This document shows, one piece after another, positions 51,853 through 61,737 of a stretch of DNA of 64,000 bases (position 1 is its first letter; each line of letters opens with the position of its first letter). A model generated the notes under the pieces. It saw only the letters and a program-made list of their open reading frames with translations. It searched no databases and was not told where the DNA came from. Both the position numbers and the translations under genes were made by a program. Origin of the DNA: Dehalococcoidia bacterium (lineage in GTDB: Bacteria > Chloroflexota > Dehalococcoidia > GIF9 > UBA5629); the NCBI GenBank assembly GCA_050011565.1, contig JBEKIW010000003.1, positions 64,001 through 128,000 on the forward strand, written 5' to 3'.

Positions 51853-52269
51853 ATGGAACGAAGCCTGGTGCTAATTAAACCCGATGCCATGCAACGAGGG
51901 CTGGCCGGAGTCATCATCTCCCGCCTGGAGAGGCGAGGTCTTAAGATGGTGGCTATGAAAATGGTGCAAATGGATAAGGCTTTAGCCCAGCGGCATTACG
52001 CAGTCCATAAAGATAAAGCCTTCTTCAACGACCTGGTGGAATTCATCATTTCCAGCCCCATTATCGCCGCCATTTTTGAGGGGGAGAAAGCCATAGAAGC
52101 GATTCGACAGACTATGGGTGCTACCGACCCGGTAAAGGCTTCCCCCGGCAGCATACGCGGTGACTTCGGGTTGGATATTCAGCAGAATCTGGTACACGGC
52201 TCTGACTCAGCAGAAAATGCCGAAAGGGAGATAAGCCTTTTCTTTAAGCCACAGGAACTTTTAAGTTAA
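51853..52269 (+). CDS. ndk: Nucleoside diphosphate kinase
   Basis: IKPDA, PGSIRGDF, NLVHGSDS. Confidence 0.97.
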   Translation: MERSLVLIKPDAMQRGLAGVIISRLERRGLKMVAMKMVQMDKALAQRHYAVHKDKAFFNDLVEFIISSPIIAAIFEGEKAIEAIRQTMGATDPVKASPGSIRGDFGLDIQQNLVHGSDSAENAEREISLFFKPQELLS

Positions 52270-52390
52270 CCAATCACCAAATCCTAATGACTAATAATCA
52301 AAAATATTAATGGACTAATAGTTTTGAATTTGGTTTTTCGAATTTTGGTATTGTTTCGGATTTGGAGCTTAGGATTTAAGATTTGAAGTT
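52270..52390. repeat. Inverted heptamer-array element, gene-less copy C
   Basis: CAATCAC CAAATCC TAATGAC TAATAAT CAAAAAT then AATTTGG TTTTTCG AATTTTG GTATTGT TTCGGAT TTGGAGC TTAGGAT TTAAGAT TTG. Confidence 0.72.
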
Positions 52391-52408
52391 ACTGGGGTGG
52401 GTATTGGT

Positions 52409-52768
52409 TTATTGTATCCTGATTACCGCTGTGGCTTCATGCCATAGATCGTCCAGCCGATAATAGTCGCGCTGTAATGGTGAGAAAATGTGGACTATAA
52501 CGTCTCCCAGGTCGAGCAGAATCCAGCCTGAATCGGCAGCCCCTTCAATATGGAAAGGAATGATATCGTCACGCTTCAGTTTTTCTCGAATCTCTTGCCG
52601 GATAGCCTCAATCTGGCGGGGGCTGTCTCCGCTACAAATAACAAAATAGTCAGCAAAGGAGCAAACTTGCTTGGTATCCAGCATGACTATATTGTCAGCC
52701 TGTTTATCCGAAGCCGCCTCCACCGCCAGCCGCGCCATGTCTATTGATTTCAGAACTCGATTTTCCAA
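52409..52768 (-). CDS. rsfS: Ribosome silencing factor
   Basis: DKQA, DYFVICSG, EG....WILLDLGDVIVHIF, RDYYRLDDLW. Confidence 0.95.
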   Translation of the reverse strand: MENRVLKSIDMARLAVEAASDKQADNIVMLDTKQVCSFADYFVICSGDSPRQIEAIRQEIREKLKRDDIIPFHIEGAADSGWILLDLGDVIVHIFSPLQRDYYRLDDLWHEATAVIRIQ

Positions 52769-52921
52769 ATCAGCTTAATAGAACCAGATATAATTATAGC
52801 ACATCTGCGTGCGCTCGCTTAATATGACGTCCTAAAACCGTGTAGCTACATACCTCGTAGTGGAAGCCAGGCGTTCTCGAAGCTCTTTTTCTATATTCAC
52901 TGGCTTTTGCTATAATAAGAT

Positions 52922-54778
52922 GTGGCTCAAAATATGAAACCGAAGTGGTGGCAAGGTAGTTTATTCTACATTCTTATTCTGGTGGCTATACTAGCTCTGG
53001 CCTTCAGCTTCCTGCCGACGACCAAAAAGCCCAAGGAAGTGGACTTTTACACATTCATCGCCCAGGTCAAGCAAGGCGTAGCCGACACTATACAACAGGA
53101 CGGAACTACCATCATCGGCTTGAAAGACGATGAGAAAAAAATCCAGTCGTCCTTTGTCGGCAGTACCAAAGAGCTTATGGATAGTCTGACAGCTGCCGGA
53201 ATACCGCTAGGAGAAAACGGAGTGAAATTTGACGTCAAATCCGGTGGCTTCGACTGGGGAGGCGTGTTAATCAGCTTTGTACCTTTGCTTCTATTCGGTG
53301 CGCTGCTTTTTTTCCTCTTCCGTTCCGCCAGAGGTGCCAATACCCAGGCTTTCAATTTTGCCAAGAGTCGGGCTCGTCTGGCATCTAACAACAAGTCTAC
53401 TATCACCTTTGCCGATGTGGCTGGAGTCGATGAGGCTAAGGGGGAACTCCAGGAAATAGTCGAGTTTCTTAAATCACCCCAAAAATTCCTGGCTTTGGGC
53501 GCCCGCATCCCACGAGGTGTTCTATTAGTTGGGCCACCCGGGTGTGGAAAGACTCTAATAGCCAAAGCTGTTGCCGGCGAGGCCGGAGTTCCCTTTTTCT
53601 CTATCAGCGGCAGCGAGTTCGTGGAGATGTTCGTCGGTGTGGGCGCTTCCCGTGTCAGAGACCTCTTTGACCAGGCCAAACACAATGCACCATGCATCGT
53701 CTTTGTCGATGAAATCGATGCCGTGGGCAGGCACCGCGGCGCCGGTCTTGGCGGAGGCCATGACGAACGAGAGCAAACCCTCAACCAGATACTGGTTGAA
53801 ATGGACGGCTTCGACAGCAGCACCAACGTTATCGTCATCTCGGCTACCAACCGGCCCGATATACTTGACCCGGCTCTGCTGCGCCCAGGCCGCTTTGACC
53901 GCCATGTTGTAATCGACCAGCCGGATATAAATGGTCGCAAAGCCATTCTTGAGGTCCATTCTAAGGGCAAGCCTCTAGCTAAAGACGCGGACCTGGAGGT
54001 GCTAGCCAAACAGACTCCCGGCTTCAGCGGCGCTGATTTAGCCAACCTGCTCAATGAGGGAGCCATTCTGGCAGCTAGACGTGACCGCAAAGATGTCGGC
54101 ATGAAAGAGCTGGAGGACTCAATCGACCGCGTTATCGCCGGTCCGGAAAAGAAGGGCCGGATTATTAGCCAGAAGGAAAAAGAAATAATAGCTTACCATG
54201 AAACAGGCCATGCCCTGGTTGCCAAAATGCTGCCCAATGCCGACCCGGTACACAAGATATCTGTCGTGGCTCGAGGTATGATTGGCGGCTGGACTCGCTT
54301 TCTGCCCACCGAAGACCGCCATTTGTGGACACATTCTCAGTTCGAAGATAGGCTGACCGTGAGTATGGCGGGACGGGCGGCTGAAGAGATTATATTCGGC
54401 GAAGTAACCACCGGCGCCCAGAATGATTTGGAACAATCGACAAACCTCGCCCGAAAGATGGTTACCGAATACGGAATGAGCGACAAGCTTGGGCCTCGCA
54501 CCTTCGGCAAGCGTGAGGAACTCATTTTCCTCGGCCGTGAGATACATGAGCAGCGCAATTACGGTGACAAGGTGGCCGATGAAATTGATGAAGAGGTTAA
54601 TGCACTTATTCAGAATGCTCACAATACTGCCAAGAAAATTCTGAATGGAAACAAAGAACGGCTGAAGCTGGTCGCCGAACGCCTGATGGTCGAGGAGACC
54701 ATAGAAGAAGCCGAGTTCGAGTCGCTGATCAAAGAACCACTGCCTTCACCCGAATTGCAGCCTACACCAGCCTCGTAA
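52922..54778 (+). CDS. ftsH: ATP-dependent zinc metalloprotease FtsH
   Basis: Two TM helices, [30 protein letters not shown]. Confidence 0.98.
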   Translation: MAQNMKPKWWQGSLFYILILVAILALAFSFLPTTKKPKEVDFYTFIAQVKQGVADTIQQDGTTIIGLKDDEKKIQSSFVGSTKELMDSLTAAGIPLGENGVKFDVKSGGFDWGGVLISFVPLLLFGALLFFLFRSARGANTQAFNFAKSRARLASNNKSTITFADVAGVDEAKGELQEIVEFLKSPQKFLALGARIPRGVLLVGPPGCGKTLIAKAVAGEAGVPFFSISGSEFVEMFVGVGASRVRDLFDQAKHNAPCIVFVDEIDAVGRHRGAGLGGGHDEREQTLNQILVEMDGFDSSTNVIVISATNRPDILDPALLRPGRFDRHVVIDQPDINGRKAILEVHSKGKPLAKDADLEVLAKQTPGFSGADLANLLNEGAILAARRDRKDVGMKELEDSIDRVIAGPEKKGRIISQKEKEIIAYHETGHALVAKMLPNADPVHKISVVARGMIGGWTRFLPTEDRHLWTHSQFEDRLTVSMAGRAAEEIIFGEVTTGAQNDLEQSTNLARKMVTEYGMSDKLGPRTFGKREELIFLGREIHEQRNYGDKVADEIDEEVNALIQNAHNTAKKILNGNKERLKLVAERLMVEETIEEAEFESLIKEPLPSPELQPTPAS

Positions 54779-54782
54779 GAGG

Positions 54783-54884
54783 CAAATCCTAATTATCAAA
54801 ATCCAAAGGTCAAAACACATGTTTGGTTTTTAATGATTTGAATTTAGATATTGTTTGGGATTTGATGCATGGGATTTAGTGCCT
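54783..54884. repeat. Inverted heptamer-array element, gene-less copy D
   Basis: CAAATCC TAATTAT CAAAATC CAAAGGT CAAAAC then GATTTGA ATTTAGA TATTGTT TGGGATT TG...GGGATTTAG. Confidence 0.7.
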
Positions 54885-54931
54885 GACCGCGATGGGCTTT
54901 AAAATTTAACTTTTTGTCTTTAATTTTTAAT

Positions 54932-55894
54932 CTATTTCCGTCTTTCTACAATATAAGCTGCCAAATCAATCAGCGACTTTCGGGCGCTGTTATCAGGCAG
55001 CTTTTCCGCCGCTCTGCGAGCTTTGGAGCAAAATTCAGATGCCAGGGTCAGGCAATCGGCAATAACCCGAGAATCACGAATTTTTGCCACAGCCTGTGAT
55101 ACATCTTCCGCATCTTTCTTTCCAAAAAAGTTTTTTATCAACTTATCTTCCGGATAGGACTCGGCAAAAAGTATAGTTGGCAAAGTCAGCGTGCCTTCAC
55201 GTAAATCAGAGCCTACCGGCTTACCCAGCTCATCTTCTTCACCGACGAAGTCCAGAACATCATCCACAATCTGGAAGGCCATACCGAGATTGCGTCCGTA
55301 GTCCCCTATGGCCTCAATAGCCTCTTCCGGCGCCTGACTTAAAATAGCACCCGACTCGGTTGATGTCGAAAAAAGGCAGGCTGTCTTGGCGCCTATCCAG
55401 GCAAAGTAATAATCACGAAGTTTTGCCGTATCGGAAGTAACACCGGTCTGCTTCAATTCGCCGGCGGAAATAGTCATCAGCGTTTGAGAAAAAAGCTTTA
55501 CGGCCCTCAAGTTTCCGGTGCCGGCCACCAGGCTGCCAGCTTTGGCAAACAGGTAATCGCCAAGCAGCAGGGCACTGTTTTCACCCCAGGCGCGGCTGAC
55601 CGTCGGTTTGCCGCGGCGCACGGGAGAATTATCCACGATGTCGTCATGGACCAGTGTGGCCGTATGGAGAAGCTCTATCGCCGCCCCCATCGGTACCAGC
55701 AGATGAGGTTCATAATTATAAAACTTGCCTGAAAGCAGGGTAAGTGCCGGCCGGACCCGTTTCCCGCCGGTCTTCAAGGTGTATGCCAGCAAATGCGCCA
55801 GCAAAGAAAATTCAACATCTGTTATCTCTTCCAGGCTTTGCTCGACCTTTTTCAGGTCTTTTTGGACGGGTTTGTAAATATCACTTAGATTCAT
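54932..55894 (-). CDS. Polyprenyl diphosphate synthase
   Basis: GGKRVRP, LVHDDIVD...RRG, AKT, FQIVDDVLD, GKPVGSDL. Confidence 0.93.
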   Translation of the reverse strand: MNLSDIYKPVQKDLKKVEQSLEEITDVEFSLLAHLLAYTLKTGGKRVRPALTLLSGKFYNYEPHLLVPMGAAIELLHTATLVHDDIVDNSPVRRGKPTVSRAWGENSALLLGDYLFAKAGSLVAGTGNLRAVKLFSQTLMTISAGELKQTGVTSDTAKLRDYYFAWIGAKTACLFSTSTESGAILSQAPEEAIEAIGDYGRNLGMAFQIVDDVLDFVGEEDELGKPVGSDLREGTLTLPTILFAESYPEDKLIKNFFGKKDAEDVSQAVAKIRDSRVIADCLTLASEFCSKARRAAEKLPDNSARKSLIDLAAYIVERRK

Positions 55895-55895
55895 T

Positions 55896-57563
55896 TTAGC
55901 TGCCGGACCCCAACCGGCTGGTTTCCTCATCGACAATGCTGTCATCCAGTTTGCGGAACAGCGGCTCCGGCGACAGCAGCTTCTGCCCCGCCATCACCGA
56001 CTGGACCTGCCAGCCGTTTGTCTCAATGCTGCCGTCGAATCCTAAAAACTTATGAAGCTTCTCCGAGCTGAAAGGCAGATACGGGTAAAGAATTGTTTTC
56101 AAAGCCGCTAGCACCGATATGGCTACGTAAGTAGCTGTAGCCGAGGCCTGCTTATCCTTCTTAATCGCCTTCCATGGAGCTTTATCGTCCAGGTACCGGT
56201 TAGCCTCCTGACACAATGCCATAGCCGCCTTAATTCCCTCTTTGAAGTGGCAGCCATTAATTAGTCTATCAACGTCGCCAAGCGTTTCCTGAGCTTTAGC
56301 TAGAAGCCCTTGTCCCTGGCTGTCAATCTCCCCGGGCAACGGCACCGCCCCATCGAAATTGCGGTAGGCAAACGTCAGCACTCGATGGGCCAAATTGCCG
56401 TAGGTCGCTACCAACTCATCGTTATTGCGGCGGAGAAATTCGCGCCATGAGAAATCCGTGTCACCGGTTTCCGGCATGTTAGCCGACAGCAGATAACGTA
56501 ACGGGTCGGGGTCGTAACGTTCCAGATAATCGGGCAGCCAGACCGCCCAGTTGCGACTGGTAGACAGCCGCTTGCCTTCGATCGTCAGAAACTCGTTAGC
56601 CGGCACATCATAGGGCAGGTTAAGCCCGCCATAGCCCATCAGCATCGTTGGCCAGATAAGCGTATGGAACGGTATGTTATCCTTGCCGATGAAGTAATAA
56701 CTTTTGGCATCGCCGCTCCAGAATTGATGCCAAGCGTCTACGTCACCGTGCGATTTCGCCCACTCCTTGCTGGCTGAAAAATAACCGATGACGGCTTCAA
56801 ACCAGACATAGATACGCTTATTCTCGAATCCCGGCTGAGGTACGGTTACGCCCCAGGATATATCGCGGGTAATCGCCCGATCTTTGAGGCCGCCTTCCAG
56901 AAAGCCGATGGTGAAATTAAGTACGTTTTGACGCCAGTAAGTCTTGTCCCCTAACCATGATTTCAGCCTGTCCTCGAAAGCGCTGAGGCGGAGAAAGAAA
57001 TGCTCCGAGACCTCGAAGCGCGGCTCGGCACCACAAATCCGGCAGCGCAAATCAAGCAGGTCGCTGGGGTTCATGGTCCTGCCGCACTCATCGCACTGGT
57101 CGCCCCTTGCCTGTGGGAACTGACAGTAAGGACAGGTGCCTTCAACATAGCGGTCGGGCAGGAAGCGCTGGCACTGCGGGCAATAGGCTTGAGGCACGGC
57201 GTTCTTATATATGAAGCCTTCATCCAGCAGCTTGAGGAAAATATCATGAGTGGTCTGGGCGTGGTTCTCAGTGCCGGTGGTGGTAAACAGGTCCCAGGAT
57301 ATGCCCAATTTCTGCCAGCAATCAAGAAAGTCCTGGTGATACCTGGACACTATCTCCTGCGGCGACTTATTTTCCTGCTCGGCGCGCAGTGTTATGGGCG
57401 TACCGTGCTGGTCGCTGCCGGAAACCATCAACACCTTATTGCCCTTGAGACGGTGATACCGGGCGAAGATATCCGCCGGCAGATAGGCGCCGGCGATATG
57501 CCCTAGGTGCAGCGGACCATTGGCATAAGGCCAGGCAACACCGATAAAGATAGTCTCAGCCAA
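55896..57563 (-). CDS. metG: Methionine--tRNA ligase
   Basis: PYANGPLHLGH, Zn knuckle CxxC pairs, YVWFEA, GKDNIPFH, KMSKS-like KRLSTS. Confidence 0.97.
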   Translation of the reverse strand: MAETIFIGVAWPYANGPLHLGHIAGAYLPADIFARYHRLKGNKVLMVSGSDQHGTPITLRAEQENKSPQEIVSRYHQDFLDCWQKLGISWDLFTTTGTENHAQTTHDIFLKLLDEGFIYKNAVPQAYCPQCQRFLPDRYVEGTCPYCQFPQARGDQCDECGRTMNPSDLLDLRCRICGAEPRFEVSEHFFLRLSAFEDRLKSWLGDKTYWRQNVLNFTIGFLEGGLKDRAITRDISWGVTVPQPGFENKRIYVWFEAVIGYFSASKEWAKSHGDVDAWHQFWSGDAKSYYFIGKDNIPFHTLIWPTMLMGYGGLNLPYDVPANEFLTIEGKRLSTSRNWAVWLPDYLERYDPDPLRYLLSANMPETGDTDFSWREFLRRNNDELVATYGNLAHRVLTFAYRNFDGAVPLPGEIDSQGQGLLAKAQETLGDVDRLINGCHFKEGIKAAMALCQEANRYLDDKAPWKAIKKDKQASATATYVAISVLAALKTILYPYLPFSSEKLHKFLGFDGSIETNGWQVQSVMAGQKLLSPEPLFRKLDDSIVDEETSRLGSGS

Positions 57564-57593
57564 TTTTGTAACTCTTCGCTATTATTACTTCCA

Positions 57594-57796
57594 TGTCATT
57601 GCAGGTCCTTCGCTATATATCATTCTGAGTCTGCAGCCCGCTTCTTCTAAGACTTATCTCGCGCTCATTCTGAGCTTGTCGAAGAATCTGCGCTGGGTAC
57701 CCTGGAGCATTCGCTCCAGGGTCTGGTTACATTTCCCAATCCATGCACTATTTCTCTGTCATTGCGAGTCCTTCCACTGAAGGACGTGGCAATCTC
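57594..57796 (+). repeat. Cluster of REP-like palindromes
   Basis: TGTCATTGC (57594), TCATTCTGAG (~57620), TCATTCTGAGCTTGTCGAAGAATCT (~57665-57689), 10-bp hairpin 57699-57722, TGTCATTGCGAG-TCCTTCCACTGAAGGA-CGTGGCAATCTC (57757-57796). Confidence 0.75.
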
Positions 57797-57837
57797 TACT
57801 CTCTGAGGGCACATTTTAAACATTTAGCCCCGGGATG

Positions 57838-58074
57838 TCAGGCTCGGATATCTGCCCCTGAATCGATATTTATCGGAAAGAAGGTCAGCACCTCTTCACC
57901 TTTTTCCTTCACATAAGCGGCGTAGCCTTTGGCCACAGAGCACTCGACGCAGAATTGCGACTTCTCGCCCTCTTTCTTTTCCACAACCAGATACCTCTGT
58001 CCCGCCTCGATAAGTCGCTGACAATTATCACATTTGATTTCGCCTACGGCAACGCATCCACGATTCATTGTCAA
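57838..58074 (-). CDS. Small putative zinc-binding protein
   Basis: CDNC...CVEC; overlaps the rsmI stop; GGAG RBS. Confidence 0.7.
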   Translation of the reverse strand: MTMNRGCVAVGEIKCDNCQRLIEAGQRYLVVEKKEGEKSQFCVECSVAKGYAAYVKEKGEEVLTFFPINIDSGADIRA

Positions 58075-58892
58075 TCTCCTTTAGTGGCCTTTAACCACGC
58101 TTGATAAAGTTTCTTCTTCGATATACCGCTCGATTCGGACAGTCGGGCTACTGCTTCCTTAGCGCCGGCCCCCTGCCGATAAAGTTTACGCAGTTCGGTT
58201 TCAATTCGCCGGCTAATCTCAGGTTCCTGCTCAGCCTTGCCCTGGATGACCAGCGTGAACTCGCCCCTGGGCTGAGTGAAATGCTCTATTGCCTGGCTCA
58301 CTCTGCCCCTGAAAACTTCCTCATAAACCTTGGTAAGCTCGCGGCAGACCGCAGCCCTTCTATCCCCGAAAATTTCCAGAGCATCGTTCAACGTCTCGAT
58401 AAGCCGGTGCGGCGCTTCGAAAGCTACCATAGTCCGTGGTTCATCAGCCTCGGACTTGAACAAGCGTCGCCTGGCTCCCTGCCGGCGGGGCAAAAAGCCG
58501 AGATAAAGGAACTGATCAGCCGGCAGCCCCGATACAACCAGAGCCGTAATCACCGCCGAGGCGCCGGGGACGGGGACAACGGGAATGTCGCGCTCGATGG
58601 CAGCAGCGATAAGCTCATAGCCCGGGTCGCTCAATCCCGGCATACCCGCTTCGGAGACCAGAGCTACATCTTTTTCCTTAAGGCAGTCCAGCAGATAGTC
58701 GAGCTTAGCTCGCTTGTTGTGCTCGTGGTAGCTGGTCAGCGGTGTCTTTATGTCGTAAAAATTAAGCAGTCGGCGTGCAGTACGCGTATCTTCGGCAGCG
58801 ATCAACTTCACCTGTTTCAACAAACGCAAAGCCCGCAGAGAGATATCTTCCAAATTGCCAATCGGTGTAGCTACGACGTAAAGTGACGGCAC
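58071..58892 (-). CDS. rsmI: 16S rRNA (C1402) 2'-O-methyltransferase
   Basis: LYVVATPIGNLEDIS, AEDTR, SEAGMP..SDPG, FEAPHR, RELTK, RGEF. Confidence 0.97.
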   Translation of the reverse strand: MPSLYVVATPIGNLEDISLRALRLLKQVKLIAAEDTRTARRLLNFYDIKTPLTSYHEHNKRAKLDYLLDCLKEKDVALVSEAGMPGLSDPGYELIAAAIERDIPVVPVPGASAVITALVVSGLPADQFLYLGFLPRRQGARRRLFKSEADEPRTMVAFEAPHRLIETLNDALEIFGDRRAAVCRELTKVYEEVFRGRVSQAIEHFTQPRGEFTLVIQGKAEQEPEISRRIETELRKLYRQGAGAKEAVARLSESSGISKKKLYQAWLKATKGD

Positions 58893-59019
58893 AACTTAAT
58901 CGCCCTAATTATAGCCCACATGCGTTAGCTGGTCTAGCCCGTCACTAGAGAAACTTTTCCTTGACTTGAAGTCCTCATCTTTGCTATAGTCTGCAAAATA
59001 ACCTGCGGACTACTAAAAC

Positions 59020-60165
59020 ATGGCGGCACCAAAAATCAAAAACATGGAACGCGCTTACGGCTTCGAAGAAGTCGCCATTGTCCCAGGTGACGTAACCATC
59101 AACCCCGACCAGACAAACACAGATTTCAAAATCGGAGACTTCACTTTCTCCATCCCTATCCTGGCTGCTGCCATGGACGCTGCAGTCGATGCAAACTTCG
59201 CCATTCTGCTGCATAAGCTCGGCGGGCTCGCCGTTCTCAACCTCGACGGTGTACAGGCGAGATATAAAAATCCTGAAGAGATTCTGGCTCAAATCGTTCA
59301 AGCCCCTGATAAAGAAGTTACTGCACTGCTGCAGAAAGTCTACTCAGAACCCGTCAAAGACGAGCTTATCGGTGAGCGCGTCCAGACCATAAAGCGTGCC
59401 GGAGCTACCTGCGCCGTCTCTCTGATTCCAGCCAATACCAAGCGGCTGGCACAGGTGGCTAAAGAAGCCGGCGCCGATATAATCTTCGTTCAGTCCACGG
59501 TTACTACTGCCCGCCATGTCTCCAAAAGCTACCGCGGTCTCATATTCTCCGATCTATGTCAGACCCTGGGGCTGCCCATCGTAGTCGGCAACTGCGTTAC
59601 TTACAGCGCCGCCCTAGAACTAATGAGAACGGGCATCGCCGGCTTACTGGTCGGCGTCGGCCCCGGTGCCGCCTGTACCACCAGAGAGGTCCTCGGCGTC
59701 GGCGTACCTCAAGTAACCGCCACTATGAACTGCGCCGCTGCCCGCGCCGCTTACTTTAACGAAACAGGCAAATACGTAACGGTGATTACCGATGGCGGCA
59801 TGCGCACCGGCAGCGACCTGTGCAAGGCATTTGCTTCGGGGGCGGACGCAGTAATGCTTGGGTCGATAATGGCTCAGGCTGAAGAAGCTCCGGGGAAGGG
59901 CTATCACTGGGGCATGTCTCACCCACACCCATCATTACCCAGAGGTACCAGAATTAAGGCGGGCATTCGAGCACCGCTACAACGCCTCCTTTTCGGTCCC
60001 ACCTCAGCTACCGACGGCACGGAAAACTTCGTCGGTGCGCTGCACACAGCCATGGGCGTATGCGGTGCCCGCAACATAAAGGACATGCACAAAGCCAAAA
60101 TGGTGATCGCTCCATCGATCAAGACCGAGGGCAAGTATTTCCAGGCGATGCAGCGGATATGCTAG
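59020..60165 (+). CDS. GuaB3-family IMP dehydrogenase-related protein
   Basis: YGFEEVAIVP, VGVGPGAACTTREVLGVGVPQ, ITDGG, AVMLGS; no CBS domains. Confidence 0.9.
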   Translation: MAAPKIKNMERAYGFEEVAIVPGDVTINPDQTNTDFKIGDFTFSIPILAAAMDAAVDANFAILLHKLGGLAVLNLDGVQARYKNPEEILAQIVQAPDKEVTALLQKVYSEPVKDELIGERVQTIKRAGATCAVSLIPANTKRLAQVAKEAGADIIFVQSTVTTARHVSKSYRGLIFSDLCQTLGLPIVVGNCVTYSAALELMRTGIAGLLVGVGPGAACTTREVLGVGVPQVTATMNCAAARAAYFNETGKYVTVITDGGMRTGSDLCKAFASGADAVMLGSIMAQAEEAPGKGYHWGMSHPHPSLPRGTRIKAGIRAPLQRLLFGPTSATDGTENFVGALHTAMGVCGARNIKDMHKAKMVIAPSIKTEGKYFQAMQRIC

Positions 60166-60172
60166 CGCCCCG

Positions 60173-60787
60173 CTAGATAAAGACCGAAACGCAGAACCAG
60201 ATACCGAAACCGACCAGAGCCGCAGCACAGATACCGAAGACGACACGTTGAACCGTTTGCGTCCACAGATGCTTGGTCCTGAAAACGCTGACTGAAACGA
60301 CCTGTTCCCAGACCAGATCACATGACCAGTGCACAACGGCGAAAATGAGCAAACCCCAGATGCCGAACTGAGCCGCGGTGACTATCAGGGCTATGCCGAT
60401 GGTCGCCCACCACAGAAAGAAATAGGGATTGGCGCCGGTCAACATAATTCCGGTTACCAGCGAGTTATACGGCAGGTCAGCAGTTTCCGCCATGTTTTTT
60501 CTAAAGCCTCTCAATACCATCAGACCCATAAAAACCAGCATCAAGCCGCCGGCCAGACCGACGATCTTTTTAACTTCGGGAGAGGTGAAGAAATGGGCAA
60601 AACCGAAATAGATGAGCGCCATCAAAGGCAGTTCAACAACGGCATGGCCGAGAGCAATGAAAATGCCAGCGTTTTGCTCTCGGTAACCTTTAGCTATGGT
60701 AGCTGCAGTAAGCGGTCCGGGCATCATAACGCCGGAAAGTGATATTCCAGCAGCAGAAAGCAGAAATAGACCGAAGCTGGCATCCAT
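60173..60787 (-). CDS. LysE-family translocator
   Basis: SGVMMPGPL, LGHAVVE, ANPYFFLWW, multiple TM helices. Confidence 0.88.
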   Translation of the reverse strand: MDASFGLFLLSAAGISLSGVMMPGPLTAATIAKGYREQNAGIFIALGHAVVELPLMALIYFGFAHFFTSPEVKKIVGLAGGLMLVFMGLMVLRGFRKNMAETADLPYNSLVTGIMLTGANPYFFLWWATIGIALIVTAAQFGIWGLLIFAVVHWSCDLVWEQVVSVSVFRTKHLWTQTVQRVVFGICAAALVGFGIWFCVSVFI

Positions 60788-60798
60788 AAGCGGGATGT

Positions 60799-61560
60799 CT
60801 AAATATCCTCTTCCTCTTCTTCCTCGGCCTCAGTCTCCAGCTCACCGCTCACCCGAGGCAAAATCGCCGCCCTGGTTTTACGTTTAACAGTACGGGATAG
60901 ACCAGCCGCCGATTTCTTCAGGTTGGCGAATACCTCCGCCGAGAGCGCTTCAGGCAGCACCAGCCCATTAACACCGGCTTTGAATAAGCCACTGAGTTCG
61001 TCGGCGGTGACAGTGGAACTCAGAGTTATTAACAGGGGCTTGTTCAGGAGTTCCGTGAGACGCTGATAAATAAGCAAACGTTCGATGGTAATAGCCGGCT
61101 CGTCACCGGTTACCAGCACGCCGTCAATTTCCAGCGGCAGCCCATTTATGGCCCTGACCAAGCCCGGCTCCAGCGAAGGCTCTAGCTTAAGCACCCTGCC
61201 CAGTCCCTCCTTATTCACTGCCTCGAGCGGAGTTTTCAGTCCAAAAACCACGAAATCGCAGCCCAGGTCGATAGACTTGGCAATCGCCTCTTTCTCGGTG
61301 CTTTCCAGTGAGAACCCAAGTGGAACATCACCTATAGCCTTGGTCAACTCTCCAAAGCTCTTGGCGCTGATACCTTTAGCGCTGATAATGCCAGCATCGA
61401 TGCCGGCAGCGACTAAGGCACTAGCCTCCGTTGTACCCGTTTTCGTCAGACTGGCAATGATTAATAGCGGAGCGCTTTCGGCTTCATCGGACTTACGGAA
61501 GCCCATAGCCGGCGCCGAGCCCCGATAGACACGCTGCAGCTTTTCAGCAAACTTGCTCAT
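60799..61560 (-). CDS. Hypothetical protein (possible degenerate TIM-barrel/aldolase-like fold) with an acidic tail
   Basis: 253-aa ORF; APAMGF N-terminus; GCDFVVF; poly-Glu C-terminus. Confidence 0.65.
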   Translation of the reverse strand: MSKFAEKLQRVYRGSAPAMGFRKSDEAESAPLLIIASLTKTGTTEASALVAAGIDAGIISAKGISAKSFGELTKAIGDVPLGFSLESTEKEAIAKSIDLGCDFVVFGLKTPLEAVNKEGLGRVLKLEPSLEPGLVRAINGLPLEIDGVLVTGDEPAITIERLLIYQRLTELLNKPLLITLSSTVTADELSGLFKAGVNGLVLPEALSAEVFANLKKSAAGLSRTVKRKTRAAILPRVSGELETEAEEEEEEDI

Positions 61561-61624
61561 GTTATTAATAATCGGATGTAATATTTTAAGCAAAACGTTC
61601 ATTAAAAGCAAAACAACAGCCCCA

Positions 61625-61682
61625 GTTTAGGAAATTGGAATTTGTTTGGGATTTGGGATTTGTAATTTGTGATTTGAAATTT
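61625..61682. repeat. Heptamer-array half element E (T/G-rich arm only)
   Basis: AAATTGG AATTTGT TTGG GATTTGG GATTTGT AATTTGT GATTTGA AATTT. Confidence 0.7.
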
Positions 61683-61737
61683 CCCCCAGGGAGTTGTTTG
61701 AATTATGGTCAATGTAATGTTAATATGACCCGATTAG

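Noticed and set aside
53047-54102. 351-aa antisense ORF over ftsH (likewise 13586-14290 and 58101-58886)
   Set aside because: Shadow frames opposite well-conserved genes, with no motifs or RBS.
57564-57837. T-box or SAM riboswitch upstream of metG (and a T-box upstream of glyQS)
   Set aside because: No GGTGGTACCGCG T-box or SAM-I core seen; the metG spacer is explained by REP-like repeats, and the region upstream of glyQS is too short.
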